Of a stretch of 64,000 nucleotides of DNA, positions 9,424-18,057 are shown piece by piece. Within the stretch, counting starts at the first letter, position 1. The number at the start of each line of letters is the position of its first letter. Both the position numbers and the translations under genes were made by a program. Source of the DNA: Spirochaetota bacterium (lineage in GTDB: Bacteria > Spirochaetota > Spirochaetia > Sphaerochaetales > Sphaerochaetaceae); the NCBI GenBank assembly GCA_918298275.1, contig CAKJZO010000007.1:6612-70611 (forward strand). The letters run 5' to 3'. The notes beneath the pieces are model-generated. The model worked only from the letters and a program-made list of their open reading frames with translations, was not told the origin of the DNA and made no database searches.

Positions 9424-9653
9424 GGTATGGATTTATCTTAACATAGGCATTTAATTCGAAAAAGCTATACATCCGTTAAGGATAAATGAAAACTTTTCCG
9501 AAAAACCGATCTTTTTTATTATTTTCCAAAGTAATTGTTTCTTGTAAATGCTTTTGCAATCATAGTATTATACCTATAGTCAACCTGTATAGGTTTTTAT
9601 ATATATTGTACTTTCCTGGGATTTGGACTCAGGAAAAATCATTGGAGGTATAT

Positions 9654-10574
9654 ATGGCAGATAACGTCTTCATCTGTTCAGATGGTCATAGACTTGCATA
9701 TAACCTCTGGTTGCCTTCTCCAAACATTGAAATCAAAGCTTTTCTGCAGATTCTCCACGGCATGGCCGAGTATAGCGACCGTTATGCAAGATTCGCAGAA
9801 TATTTAAATAAATTGGGAATTGCGGTTTTCGCCGCAGATCATAGAGGACACGGAGCAACAGCATCAGAGGATGAGATAGGTTGGTTCGCGGAGCACGATG
9901 GCTGGAACAGGGTTTCCGAGGATGCCTTCGAGCTGGCGAACTTCATCACTTCGCAGTACTACGTAAACACGACATTCCTCATGGGTCACAGCATGGGAAG
10001 CTTTCTGGCAAGGACCGTCATGGTCAAGCACCCGGACTTCTACACAGGCGTGATCATCATGGGTACAGGTTGCAGCAAGGGTATAGTCGGCAAGATAGGT
10101 AAATTGCTTTGTAAGAACGAGATACGTAAAAATGGATCCAAGAGTCCCGGAGTTCTGATGAACAAGCTCTCGTTCTCTGCTTACAACAAGCAGTTCGAGC
10201 CCACGGCAACAGATTTCGACTGGCTTTCCCGTGATGCAAAGGAAGTTGAGAAGTACGTCAAGGACGACAAATGCGGCTTCCTGTGCACAAATGGTTTCTT
10301 CTATGACCTGCTTTCCGGTATAGAGTTTGCCAACAGCAAGGCAAATGCGGAAACGCTTCCCAAGGATCTTCCTCTTCTGATCATCAGCGGTGAGATGGAT
10401 CCTGTCGGAGATCTCGGAAAGGGCGTCAGAAAGGTCTACAAGCTCTATACGGATGCCGGAATTGCCGATGTGACCCTGAAGCTGTTCAAGGATGCCCGCC
10501 ACGAGCTTCTGAACGAGACCAACAGAAAGGAAGTATATGAATTTCTCGCCAAGTGGCTTGAAGCTCATATCTGA
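9654..10574 (+). CDS. Alpha/beta hydrolase (lysophospholipase / monoacylglycerol lipase-like)
   Basis: ATG at 9654 is preceded by GGAGG (9644-9648). The nucleophile elbow is GHSMGS, with HGMAEY and DARHELLNE blocks. The longer track ORF starting at 9486 has an implausible, AT-rich leader. Confidence 0.8.
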   Translation: MADNVFICSDGHRLAYNLWLPSPNIEIKAFLQILHGMAEYSDRYARFAEYLNKLGIAVFAADHRGHGATASEDEIGWFAEHDGWNRVSEDAFELANFITSQYYVNTTFLMGHSMGSFLARTVMVKHPDFYTGVIIMGTGCSKGIVGKIGKLLCKNEIRKNGSKSPGVLMNKLSFSAYNKQFEPTATDFDWLSRDAKEVEKYVKDDKCGFLCTNGFFYDLLSGIEFANSKANAETLPKDLPLLIISGEMDPVGDLGKGVRKVYKLYTDAGIADVTLKLFKDARHELLNETNRKEVYEFLAKWLEAHI

Positions 10575-10579
10575 CGTAA

Positions 10580-11440
10580 ATGAAAGCAAGGAAAAGAATA
10601 AAAGAACTTACAAACAGCAAACCGGTCGGTTTTATCAAGAACTTTCTCGGTGAGTTCAGTGGGTCCTCTGTCTCGATGTTGTCAAACGGCATGGTCTATT
10701 CCACGCTTATAGCCGTGGTGCCATGCCTTGCATTGATTTATGCGGTCCTGAACATATTCGGAGTTCTGGATCCGGTAATGAGCATGCTCGAGAACTATAT
10801 CATCGAGACTTTCGGTGATACCACGGGAAAGAGTCTGGTAGGTTATCTCAATTACTTCACACAGAATGCAGTAAGCATGGGTATTGTCAGCATCCTTTCC
10901 TTCGGCGTGACTTTTGTCCTTTTGATTGACAAGATATATTCAATTGTCAACAAGATTTATCACGTTCCTAAAGGGAAGAAGCTGGTTGTCAGATACCTCA
11001 AGTATGTAATGGTAATTATCATAGGTCTTGCCGCCATAGTCCTATCTGTTTTCTCTATAGGACAGTTCAACAGCCTGTCGCTTAAACTGCGCAATCTGCC
11101 TGCTCTGAACGGTTTCCAGACGGCGCTCAAGTTTGTATTGCCGTTTGCCGTCCTCTTCGGCCTCATGCTGGCCTTGGTTTATATTATGCCAAACTGCAAG
11201 GTCCGCTTTCTCTCGGGTCTGATAGGAGCAGCCGTAGGAACAGTCTCCGTCGGTGTTCTCGGAATGGTGTTCAGGTTCGTTGTGCAGAGATCCGTAAAGT
11301 ATTCTGTCATATACGGTTCTCTTGCCACGCTGATGTTCTTCTTCATGTTCCTGTCGTACCTCTGGAAGCTGGTCTTCGCATCCGTAATCGTCTCTTATGT
11401 CCATCAGAAGATGACTACGGGAATAAAATACGAATCATGA
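10580..11440 (+). CDS. YihY/BrkB family membrane protein
   Basis: 286 aa, polytopic and hydrophobic, with a family-like N-terminal region (FLGEFSGSSVSMLSNGMVYSTLIAVVP). It shares a 4-nt ATGA overlap with manA. Confidence 0.65.
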   Translation: MKARKRIKELTNSKPVGFIKNFLGEFSGSSVSMLSNGMVYSTLIAVVPCLALIYAVLNIFGVLDPVMSMLENYIIETFGDTTGKSLVGYLNYFTQNAVSMGIVSILSFGVTFVLLIDKIYSIVNKIYHVPKGKKLVVRYLKYVMVIIIGLAAIVLSVFSIGQFNSLSLKLRNLPALNGFQTALKFVLPFAVLFGLMLALVYIMPNCKVRFLSGLIGAAVGTVSVGVLGMVFRFVVQRSVKYSVIYGSLATLMFFFMFLSYLWKLVFASVIVSYVHQKMTTGIKYES

Positions 11441-12552
11441 ACGATATCCTTATTCTAGAGCCCTGTGTGAAGGATTATGCATGGGGCAATGACTATTTCA
11501 TTGCAGATCTGCTGGAACTTGAGAAAAACGGCCCCAGAGCCGAGATGTGGATCGGTGCCCATAAACAGGGCAGTGCAGTGGTAAAGGAGTCCGGAGAAAG
11601 GCTCTGTGATTATCTGGACCAGAATCCCGGCTTTGCAGGCTGTGATGCGGATTCCTTTCCATATCTTCTTAAGATACTTGCAATTGCACAGAGTCTGAGC
11701 ATCCAGTGTCATCCTGATGCAGAGCAGGCGAAAGCCGGCTTTGAAGCTGAGATTCCCAAACATTCTTCAACAGACAGAAAGAACTGGAATTATCAGGATT
11801 CCAATCCCAAGGCGGAGATGCTCTATGCATTGACTCCTGTTACGGCCATGTGCGGTTTCAGAAGTCCGGAAGAAGCTGAGAAACTCATGAAAACAGCTGT
11901 TTCCGTATTTTATTCGGACCATATTTCCGAAATCGGAAGTGTTTTTGAGCTCTTTGATAAACTTTATAGGATGGATTCGGAAACCCTGTCTTTTGCTCAG
12001 GCAGAGCTTCTCAGGAACTGCGAGATGCTCCCTGATGATGTAAGGACAGTGGTAAAGGAGCTCTGTGACCTGCACTTCGGAGATCCGGGAGTCTTTGCTC
12101 CTCTTCTACTTAATATAGTGCATCTGGAGCCGGGCCAGGCAGTGTACCTCAAGCCTCGTGTGCTGCATGCATATATCAGCGGAAACGGAGTAGAGCTCAT
12201 GAACAACTCCGACAATGTACTCAGGGCTGGACTTACGCAGAAGCACATGGACCTGGATGAACTGGAGTCCGTAATGCTCCATGAGACATATATCCCAAGC
12301 CCCATGGAAAGCGTCAGCGATGAAGGCGGAAAGCACTTTGAGTGTGAGGGCGGCTTTACGCTTACTGCTATGGTCAACGGATCCTTTGTAAATCAGATTG
12401 CGGGACCGAAGATGCTTGTCTGTACGGAAGGAGATGCTGACATCAACGGAACGACGCTTAGGAAAGGGCAGTGCTGCATAGTCGGAAGATCCGTGACAAA
12501 TCTCTGTGTCCGGGCAAAGAAGGCTTCTGTCTTCATGGCCTCTGTGAACTAA
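11437..12552 (+). CDS. manA: Mannose-6-phosphate isomerase, class I
   Basis: 371 aa with class I PMI blocks: VKDYAWGN, EMWIGAH, LSIQCHPD and VLHAY. Confidence 0.8.
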   Translation: MNDILILEPCVKDYAWGNDYFIADLLELEKNGPRAEMWIGAHKQGSAVVKESGERLCDYLDQNPGFAGCDADSFPYLLKILAIAQSLSIQCHPDAEQAKAGFEAEIPKHSSTDRKNWNYQDSNPKAEMLYALTPVTAMCGFRSPEEAEKLMKTAVSVFYSDHISEIGSVFELFDKLYRMDSETLSFAQAELLRNCEMLPDDVRTVVKELCDLHFGDPGVFAPLLLNIVHLEPGQAVYLKPRVLHAYISGNGVELMNNSDNVLRAGLTQKHMDLDELESVMLHETYIPSPMESVSDEGGKHFECEGGFTLTAMVNGSFVNQIAGPKMLVCTEGDADINGTTLRKGQCCIVGRSVTNLCVRAKKASVFMASVN

Positions 12553-12657
12553 ACTAACATCTATGTTATTATATTAACATACTGTTAAAAATCATAACAA
12601 ACTCGATTGACATTGAAACACTCTTTGAGGTATTTCTAAGGCAACTTGGAGGTTTTC

Positions 12658-14202
12658 ATGTTAATCAAGGTTTTGTTGATTTTGATTTTCTTTTCAATCA
12701 TGATCGGCGTCGGAATCGTTTGCCGCAAGCAGGCGAGGGATGTCCGCGGGTTTGTTCTCGGTGGAAGAAACGTAGGCCCTTGGCTTTCGGCCTTTGCTTT
12801 CGGTACCAGTTATTTCTCTGCAGTCATCTTCGTAGGTTACGCCGGACAGTTCGGTTGGAAATTCGGACTTGCAAGTACCTGGATCGGACTTGGAAATGCT
12901 TTCATCGGATCGCTTCTGGCCTGGACAATCCTGGGCAGAAGAACAAGGATCATGACCCAGCACCTGAGCTCGGCTACCATGCCACAGTTTTTTGAGAGCC
13001 GATTTGACAGCAAGGCCCTCAAGCTGATTTCATCCATTATAATATTTATCTTCCTTATTCCTTACACTGCATCGCTTTACAATGGTCTTTCCAGATTGTT
13101 CGGAATGGGCTTCAACGTTGATTACACGATCTGTATCGTGGTCATGGCCATACTGACTGCAGTCTATGTCATAGCCGGAGGCTACATGGCAACTGCCATA
13201 AACGACTTCATCCAGGGCATGATAATGCTTATCGGAATCGTTGCTATAATTGCATCCGTTCTGAGAATCAACGGCGGTTTCGTGGGTTCTCTGACAGCAC
13301 TGGCAAACATCACTGATCCTGCAGTGACCACAACGCCCGGAATCTTCGCTTCGTTCTTCGGCCCGGATCCGTTCGGACTGCTCTGCGTAGTCATCCTTAC
13401 ATCTTTGGGAACCTGGGGACTTCCCCAGATGGTCCAGAAGTTCTATGCAATCAAGAGCGAGAATGACATCCATAAGGGAACGGTCATTTCAACGGTCTTT
13501 GCAATCGTGGTCGCTGGCGGATGTTACTTCCTCGGCGGATTCGGAAGACTGTTCAACGTCAATGTCGCCTCAGAAGGCTTCGATGCAATCATCCCCGCCA
13601 TGCTTTCGCACCTTTCTCCGGTGGTTTTCGGAATAGCATTGGTTCTTGTTCTGTCTGCTTCGATGTCCACGCTTTCGTCGCTTGTTCTGGCTTCAAGTTC
13701 CACGCTGACGCTGGACTTCATCGACCCGGTATTCTTCGGCAACAAGCGCGATGAGAAGAAGAATCTTCCGATCATAAGGATCTTCATTGCAGTATTTATC
13801 CTTATCTCCGCTGTCATCGCCATAATCCAGTACAAGAAGAACGTGACATTCATCGCACAGCTGATGGGTCTTTCCTGGGGTGCTCTGGCAGGCTCGTTCC
13901 TGGCTCCGTTCCTCTACAGTCTCTACTGGAAGAAAACCACAAAGGCCAGCTGTATCGTATGCTTTGCATGGGGTTCGCTGCTGATGCTGGCAAACATGTT
14001 CTTCAAGTCCAGCTTTCCTGCAGTGCTGCAGAGCCCGATCAACTGCGGAGCCTTTGCAATGCTGGGCGGAATGGTAATCGTTCCGATAGTAAGTGCATTT
14101 ACAAGGAAGCCTGACAAACAGCAGATCGACAATATCTTCTCCTGCTACGAGAAGAAGGTCATGGCACCTATCACCGATGTGCTAAGTTCCGAAGAGGCTT
14201 GA
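12658..14202 (+). CDS. Sodium:solute symporter family (SSS) transporter
   Basis: About 514 aa with roughly 13 hydrophobic segments and SSS-like blocks (GGRNVGPWLSAFAFGTSYFSA, GLPQMVQKFYA). The ATG at 12658 follows GGAGG. The substrate cannot be determined from sequence. Confidence 0.8.
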   Translation: MLIKVLLILIFFSIMIGVGIVCRKQARDVRGFVLGGRNVGPWLSAFAFGTSYFSAVIFVGYAGQFGWKFGLASTWIGLGNAFIGSLLAWTILGRRTRIMTQHLSSATMPQFFESRFDSKALKLISSIIIFIFLIPYTASLYNGLSRLFGMGFNVDYTICIVVMAILTAVYVIAGGYMATAINDFIQGMIMLIGIVAIIASVLRINGGFVGSLTALANITDPAVTTTPGIFASFFGPDPFGLLCVVILTSLGTWGLPQMVQKFYAIKSENDIHKGTVISTVFAIVVAGGCYFLGGFGRLFNVNVASEGFDAIIPAMLSHLSPVVFGIALVLVLSASMSTLSSLVLASSSTLTLDFIDPVFFGNKRDEKKNLPIIRIFIAVFILISAVIAIIQYKKNVTFIAQLMGLSWGALAGSFLAPFLYSLYWKKTTKASCIVCFAWGSLLMLANMFFKSSFPAVLQSPINCGAFAMLGGMVIVPIVSAFTRKPDKQQIDNIFSCYEKKVMAPITDVLSSEEA

Positions 14203-14242
14203 AATTAAATAAGTTAGTAAGTATAGTTAACAAAGGATTGTC

Positions 14243-14268
14243 AGAGCTGCAGCACACCCTGCAGCTCT
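14243..14268. terminator. Bidirectional hairpin between convergent genes
   Basis: A perfect 10-bp stem AGAGCTGCAG/CTGCAGCTCT with a 6-nt loop, followed by TTTAT on the plus strand. Confidence 0.6.
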
Positions 14269-14293
14269 TTATGTAATCTATGGTCATGATTGC

Positions 14294-16417
14294 TCAACGA
14301 ATGCGATGGGTTTCCCTGTATTTTGCAGGAGTGCAACCGTTGAGTTGCTTGAATAATTTATAGAAATATGGTGTGTCTCCAAATCCGACAGAGTATATGA
14401 TGCTGTCTATCGGTTCATCTGTCTCGGCCAGCAACCTGCATGCAACAGTCATTCTCTCATTCAGCACAAATCGGCTGAAGGTTTCTCCTGTGGTTCGTTT
14501 GAAGACTTTTCCGAGATAAGCTGATGTCATCCCAAGTTTTTCTGCGATGAAATCAATCGAAAATGTTCTGCTCTCACAGTTTTCCTTTGTAATTCTTATT
14601 ATTTCATTGACCAGCTCAGACTGCCTGCTGTTTTTGTTTTGTTCAACAGCACTTTCTGTGTTAAGGAGCAGAGCTTCAATATATGAACATATCTCTTCAA
14701 TCGATTCAATTTTGAGTAACTTATAGGCCAAAGCTTCAGAGAGTTCGTTGTTCTCTATCCCATTGTTGTTCAGCAGTTTCAGTATTGAATCATCGAGAAC
14801 AGTGGAAAGATTGATCAGATTCATCTGGGCACTTCTGTAGGAACCTTCTGAGATACCCTGAAGCAGCTCCTTTATAATCAACATGGCTCCTGGAATGTTC
14901 AGCTTCAGAATCTCTTCCGACATTTTCCGCAGCATGTTGTCGGGGATTGAATATGATGTCATTTCCCTCTCTTCAACCATCTCTACTGTGACGACACGGC
15001 CTTTCCCGAACAAAAGGCGATACGACAAGGATCTGCAGAGGAAATCATATTCCATTGGTATTTTTTCTACAGGACATCTGTCTGATAGGAATAATGAAAC
15101 AGAGACGTTGGACTCACTGGCAATTCCTGCTCTGATTTTCTCAAAATCGTAAACATCATTGGGATTTTGGATGATTACTATACACCTGTCATCGTTTTCG
15201 TATGTTGCAATAGGATGACTTTCTTCTCCTAACAGCGAGGATGCAGATTGGCAGATTCTTTCCTTTATGATGTTCCTGTCAGAAGCCTTGTCCAGTTGTT
15301 CGATCAGATCTGTATAGCCATCAATAGCCAAAACCACAACTATTGCTTCCTTTGTATCCTGCTCAAGAATACCGGATGAATCAAATGATGTCTCTGCATG
15401 AAGTGCAGAGAGAAAAAGGTTTCTTCTGGTCAGCGCAATTGCGGCATTCTGGTTTCTTATTATCTTCCATATAAATCTGAAAATCAGGATTGTAATGATC
15501 AGACTTATTGCGAACAGGAGGGCAAGGAAGACTATCGCATTTCCATAGCCTTTCGTTCTTGTAATGGAATCTATTACGGTTTCATCAGCAATCATGACCA
15601 GTCTTGCTTTCCCGTTGAGAATCGAAGATTGGCAAACGATGTAGTTTTTTCTGTCTGAATGAACAGTGAAGTTATCGGAGCTTTTGCCAAGCTTCCTGAG
15701 AACCTCTGACATTAGTTTTTCTGTGGCAATGGATCTGTTACCTGCAATTATCTGGCATGAGTCTGTATTGTTGTCCATAAGTAGCAGGAGTTCTCCATTG
15801 TTCTCATTCTCGCTGACAAGAGGGGAAAGCACATCCTGTCGGATGTTGACCATTATCACATTTGAATCGTTTTCTTTTACCAGAGTGTTATAACGTATGA
15901 AACTCAGATAATGCAGTTCACTGACTGATGGAAAAAACGAGTTGAAAGTTCTGAAAATGGGTTCCAGATTGTTTATTTTTGAATAATTCCGGAATATTCC
16001 AGTCGCCTCAAAATCCGGGAAGTCATCAATCAAATACACAGCTTCAGGCATATGAGGAGAAGAGTTGTATACGTTTCCGTTTCTCCTGTTGTAGATGTAG
16101 ATTGAGTCAATGAAGTAATTTGAAGATTCATAGTTGCTCAGTCTCCTCAGCCCCGTCAAAAGATCGCTTGCGGAGATGTTTTCATAGTTTAGAAGCCGTG
16201 ATACATCTGCATCAAGACTTACATTATCCAACAGATCCTTGGTTGAACCTAAAATTGCATTTACATACAGAGTCTCGCTGTCAAGTGCTTTCTGTCCGTA
16301 TGAGATGAGGTGACGTTCCATCGTCTTCCCGTAGATGTATATGAATCCTGATGTGAGGATTGCCGCCATAGCAAGAATGCCGATGGAAAAAAGAATCAGG
16401 AGCCTGGTGGGTTTCAT
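14294..16417 (-). CDS. Membrane-anchored one-component regulator: TM - periplasmic sensor - TM - cytoplasmic domain - AraC/XylS HTH
   Basis: 707 aa. TM1 is LLILFSIGILAMAAILTSGFIYIY and TM2 is AIVFLALLFAISLIITILIFRFIW, near residue 300. The C-terminus carries the AraC signature (GFGDTPYFYKLFKQLNGCTPAKYR). Confidence 0.8.
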   Translation of the reverse strand: MKPTRLLILFSIGILAMAAILTSGFIYIYGKTMERHLISYGQKALDSETLYVNAILGSTKDLLDNVSLDADVSRLLNYENISASDLLTGLRRLSNYESSNYFIDSIYIYNRRNGNVYNSSPHMPEAVYLIDDFPDFEATGIFRNYSKINNLEPIFRTFNSFFPSVSELHYLSFIRYNTLVKENDSNVIMVNIRQDVLSPLVSENENNGELLLLMDNNTDSCQIIAGNRSIATEKLMSEVLRKLGKSSDNFTVHSDRKNYIVCQSSILNGKARLVMIADETVIDSITRTKGYGNAIVFLALLFAISLIITILIFRFIWKIIRNQNAAIALTRRNLFLSALHAETSFDSSGILEQDTKEAIVVVLAIDGYTDLIEQLDKASDRNIIKERICQSASSLLGEESHPIATYENDDRCIVIIQNPNDVYDFEKIRAGIASESNVSVSLFLSDRCPVEKIPMEYDFLCRSLSYRLLFGKGRVVTVEMVEEREMTSYSIPDNMLRKMSEEILKLNIPGAMLIIKELLQGISEGSYRSAQMNLINLSTVLDDSILKLLNNNGIENNELSEALAYKLLKIESIEEICSYIEALLLNTESAVEQNKNSRQSELVNEIIRITKENCESRTFSIDFIAEKLGMTSAYLGKVFKRTTGETFSRFVLNERMTVACRLLAETDEPIDSIIYSVGFGDTPYFYKLFKQLNGCTPAKYRETHRIR

Positions 16418-16443
16418 GTCTGTATTCTAAATCATTATTGCCT

Positions 16444-16483
16444 GAAAAAGAATGCAGACTTCCAGAAAACCGGAAGTCTGCAT
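16444..16483 (-). terminator. Rho-independent terminator after the solute-binding protein gene
   Basis: A perfect 12-bp stem ATGCAGACTTCC/GGAAGTCTGCAT (16452-16463/16472-16483) with an 8-nt loop. On the minus strand it is followed by CTTTTTC. Confidence 0.7.
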
Positions 16484-16502
16484 GGATGGATTCCAAATCG
16501 CG

Positions 16503-18023
16503 TTATCTGATGTTGTTTCTTGCGTAGTAATCTTCCATTTGAGCTGATACTTCTGCAAGAAGCTTGTCAATTCCGGCAGCTGTAAGCTGCTTTCTGTACT
16601 CAGCGATTGCAGCATCGACATCATCTACGATGCCGATATTGATTGGATAACCATACTGCTGTACGACCTGATTCACTGCTGCAAGCTCTGCCTGGACATT
16701 TGTATAATCCAGTGAGGCGGATCCGAACTTATTCAGAACCTCAACTGATTTAAGGTAAGCAAGAAGTGGCTCATATCCTTCCCACACGCCATCGTCATTT
16801 CTCATGAGGTTGCTGACTCTCATTGCATATTGGGCTCCACTCATGCTGTGTGTATTGACGGTTGACGGATCAACACCTACTGCCGGCTTTATGAGATTTC
16901 CCTCTGAAGTGATTGTGAAATGACGTCCTTCGATACCATACATCCAAAGGTCAAAGAGTTCCTGATCCGTCTTTATGATTTCAAGGACCCTGAGGGCTCT
17001 TTCTGCATTCGGGGATGATGCGGGGATGGCATAGCCGTTCTCTGTAACCGGGTTGACGAATGTGTATCCGGTGAGTGCTGCAAACGGCCAGTATGCACAG
17101 ACAGCCTGAGGAACCTTTGTCGCCATATATGCCATCATGTTCTTTGCTCCGTCAGCGTTGGCCTGTGTGATTGCACTTGTTCCTGCCTGAATGCTGCTCC
17201 ATGGATCTGTTGTGCTTGAGAGCGCATTGCTGCTCCAATAGCCCTTCTGTGCCCACTTCTGCATTCTGTGTGCCCATTCGACATATTCATCTGTGAACGG
17301 GTAGGCTATGATATCATGGATGTCATCCATGCTTTTCACCATTACGATTGATGTTGTTGAACCGGCAATTGCCTCGAACCCGTAATATGCCTTGAAGAAC
17401 TGGAAAAGCGCCTGCTCCGGGTTTCCGTCAATTACTCTGATTGCAGGTTCATTTTTTGCTATTGCATCTGCATATGCTTCAAATGACTCTATGCTGTCAA
17501 TCTTGCTTATCCCGTACTTATCGCCTAGATCCTGTCTGTAGAATATTCCGTTTGTTCCGTAGTTTGACTCATATGACGGGATTTCATACAGCTTACCGTC
17601 AACCTTTGCCTGGTCCAACTGGCCCTCTGTGAAGTAACTATATACAGTCGGCATATACTTCGGGAACATTTCTGTAAGATCAGTAAAAGCACCTGTAGCT
17701 GCGTATTGGCTGTAGAGGCTCGGGTTGACATACATCAGGTCGGCAGGTTCTCCAGTTGTCAGAATCAGCTGATACTGGTTCCTGTAGTTATCCCAACCAA
17801 GGCATGTGACATTGATTTTCGTGTTGCATTTCTCTTTCAGAAGTGCATTGAACTTTTCCATGACCATGTCCTTGTCTTTTCCTGAAGAACCGGAGCTGTA
17901 CATGATGAGTTCGACATAATCTGCGAACGGATCGTCTGATACCGCTGGCTTCTCGGTTGCGCTCTGTGCGAAAAGGCTCATCGTAACCATCAATACCAGC
18001 AGAGCAATTGAAAATCTTCTCAT
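16503..18023 (-). CDS. Extracellular solute-binding protein, family 1 (large LplA-like sugar-binding component)
   Basis: 506 aa with the signal peptide MRRFSIALLVLMVTMSLFAQS. An AAGGAGGA SD lies upstream. The gene sits 34 bp downstream of the GH59 gene on the same strand. Confidence 0.85.
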   Translation of the reverse strand: MRRFSIALLVLMVTMSLFAQSATEKPAVSDDPFADYVELIMYSSGSSGKDKDMVMEKFNALLKEKCNTKINVTCLGWDNYRNQYQLILTTGEPADLMYVNPSLYSQYAATGAFTDLTEMFPKYMPTVYSYFTEGQLDQAKVDGKLYEIPSYESNYGTNGIFYRQDLGDKYGISKIDSIESFEAYADAIAKNEPAIRVIDGNPEQALFQFFKAYYGFEAIAGSTTSIVMVKSMDDIHDIIAYPFTDEYVEWAHRMQKWAQKGYWSSNALSSTTDPWSSIQAGTSAITQANADGAKNMMAYMATKVPQAVCAYWPFAALTGYTFVNPVTENGYAIPASSPNAERALRVLEIIKTDQELFDLWMYGIEGRHFTITSEGNLIKPAVGVDPSTVNTHSMSGAQYAMRVSNLMRNDDGVWEGYEPLLAYLKSVEVLNKFGSASLDYTNVQAELAAVNQVVQQYGYPINIGIVDDVDAAIAEYRKQLTAAGIDKLLAEVSAQMEDYYARNNIR

Positions 18024-18057
18024 AGCTTATCCTCCTTATGATAAAACTCTCTGAGTG

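Noticed and set aside
9581-9612. A terminator-like hairpin, ACCTATA-N9-TATAGGT followed by TTTTTAT, in the leader upstream of the hydrolase gene. It could be an attenuator or riboswitch expression platform.
   Set aside because: The stem is only 7 bp and AT-rich, and it sits in a generally AT-rich divergent promoter region. I could recognise no conserved aptamer-like structure upstream.
9486-9653. N-terminal extensions proposed by the ORF track. Affected ORFs are 9486..10574, 32221..33342, 44022.., 49130.., 50139.., 51020.., 55370.., 58923..59951 and 60050...
   Set aside because: Internal start codons with good Shine-Dalgarno sequences, paralogue or family N-terminal alignments, and overlap with upstream genes, a tRNA terminator or AT-rich promoter DNA all favour the shorter models used in the feature list.
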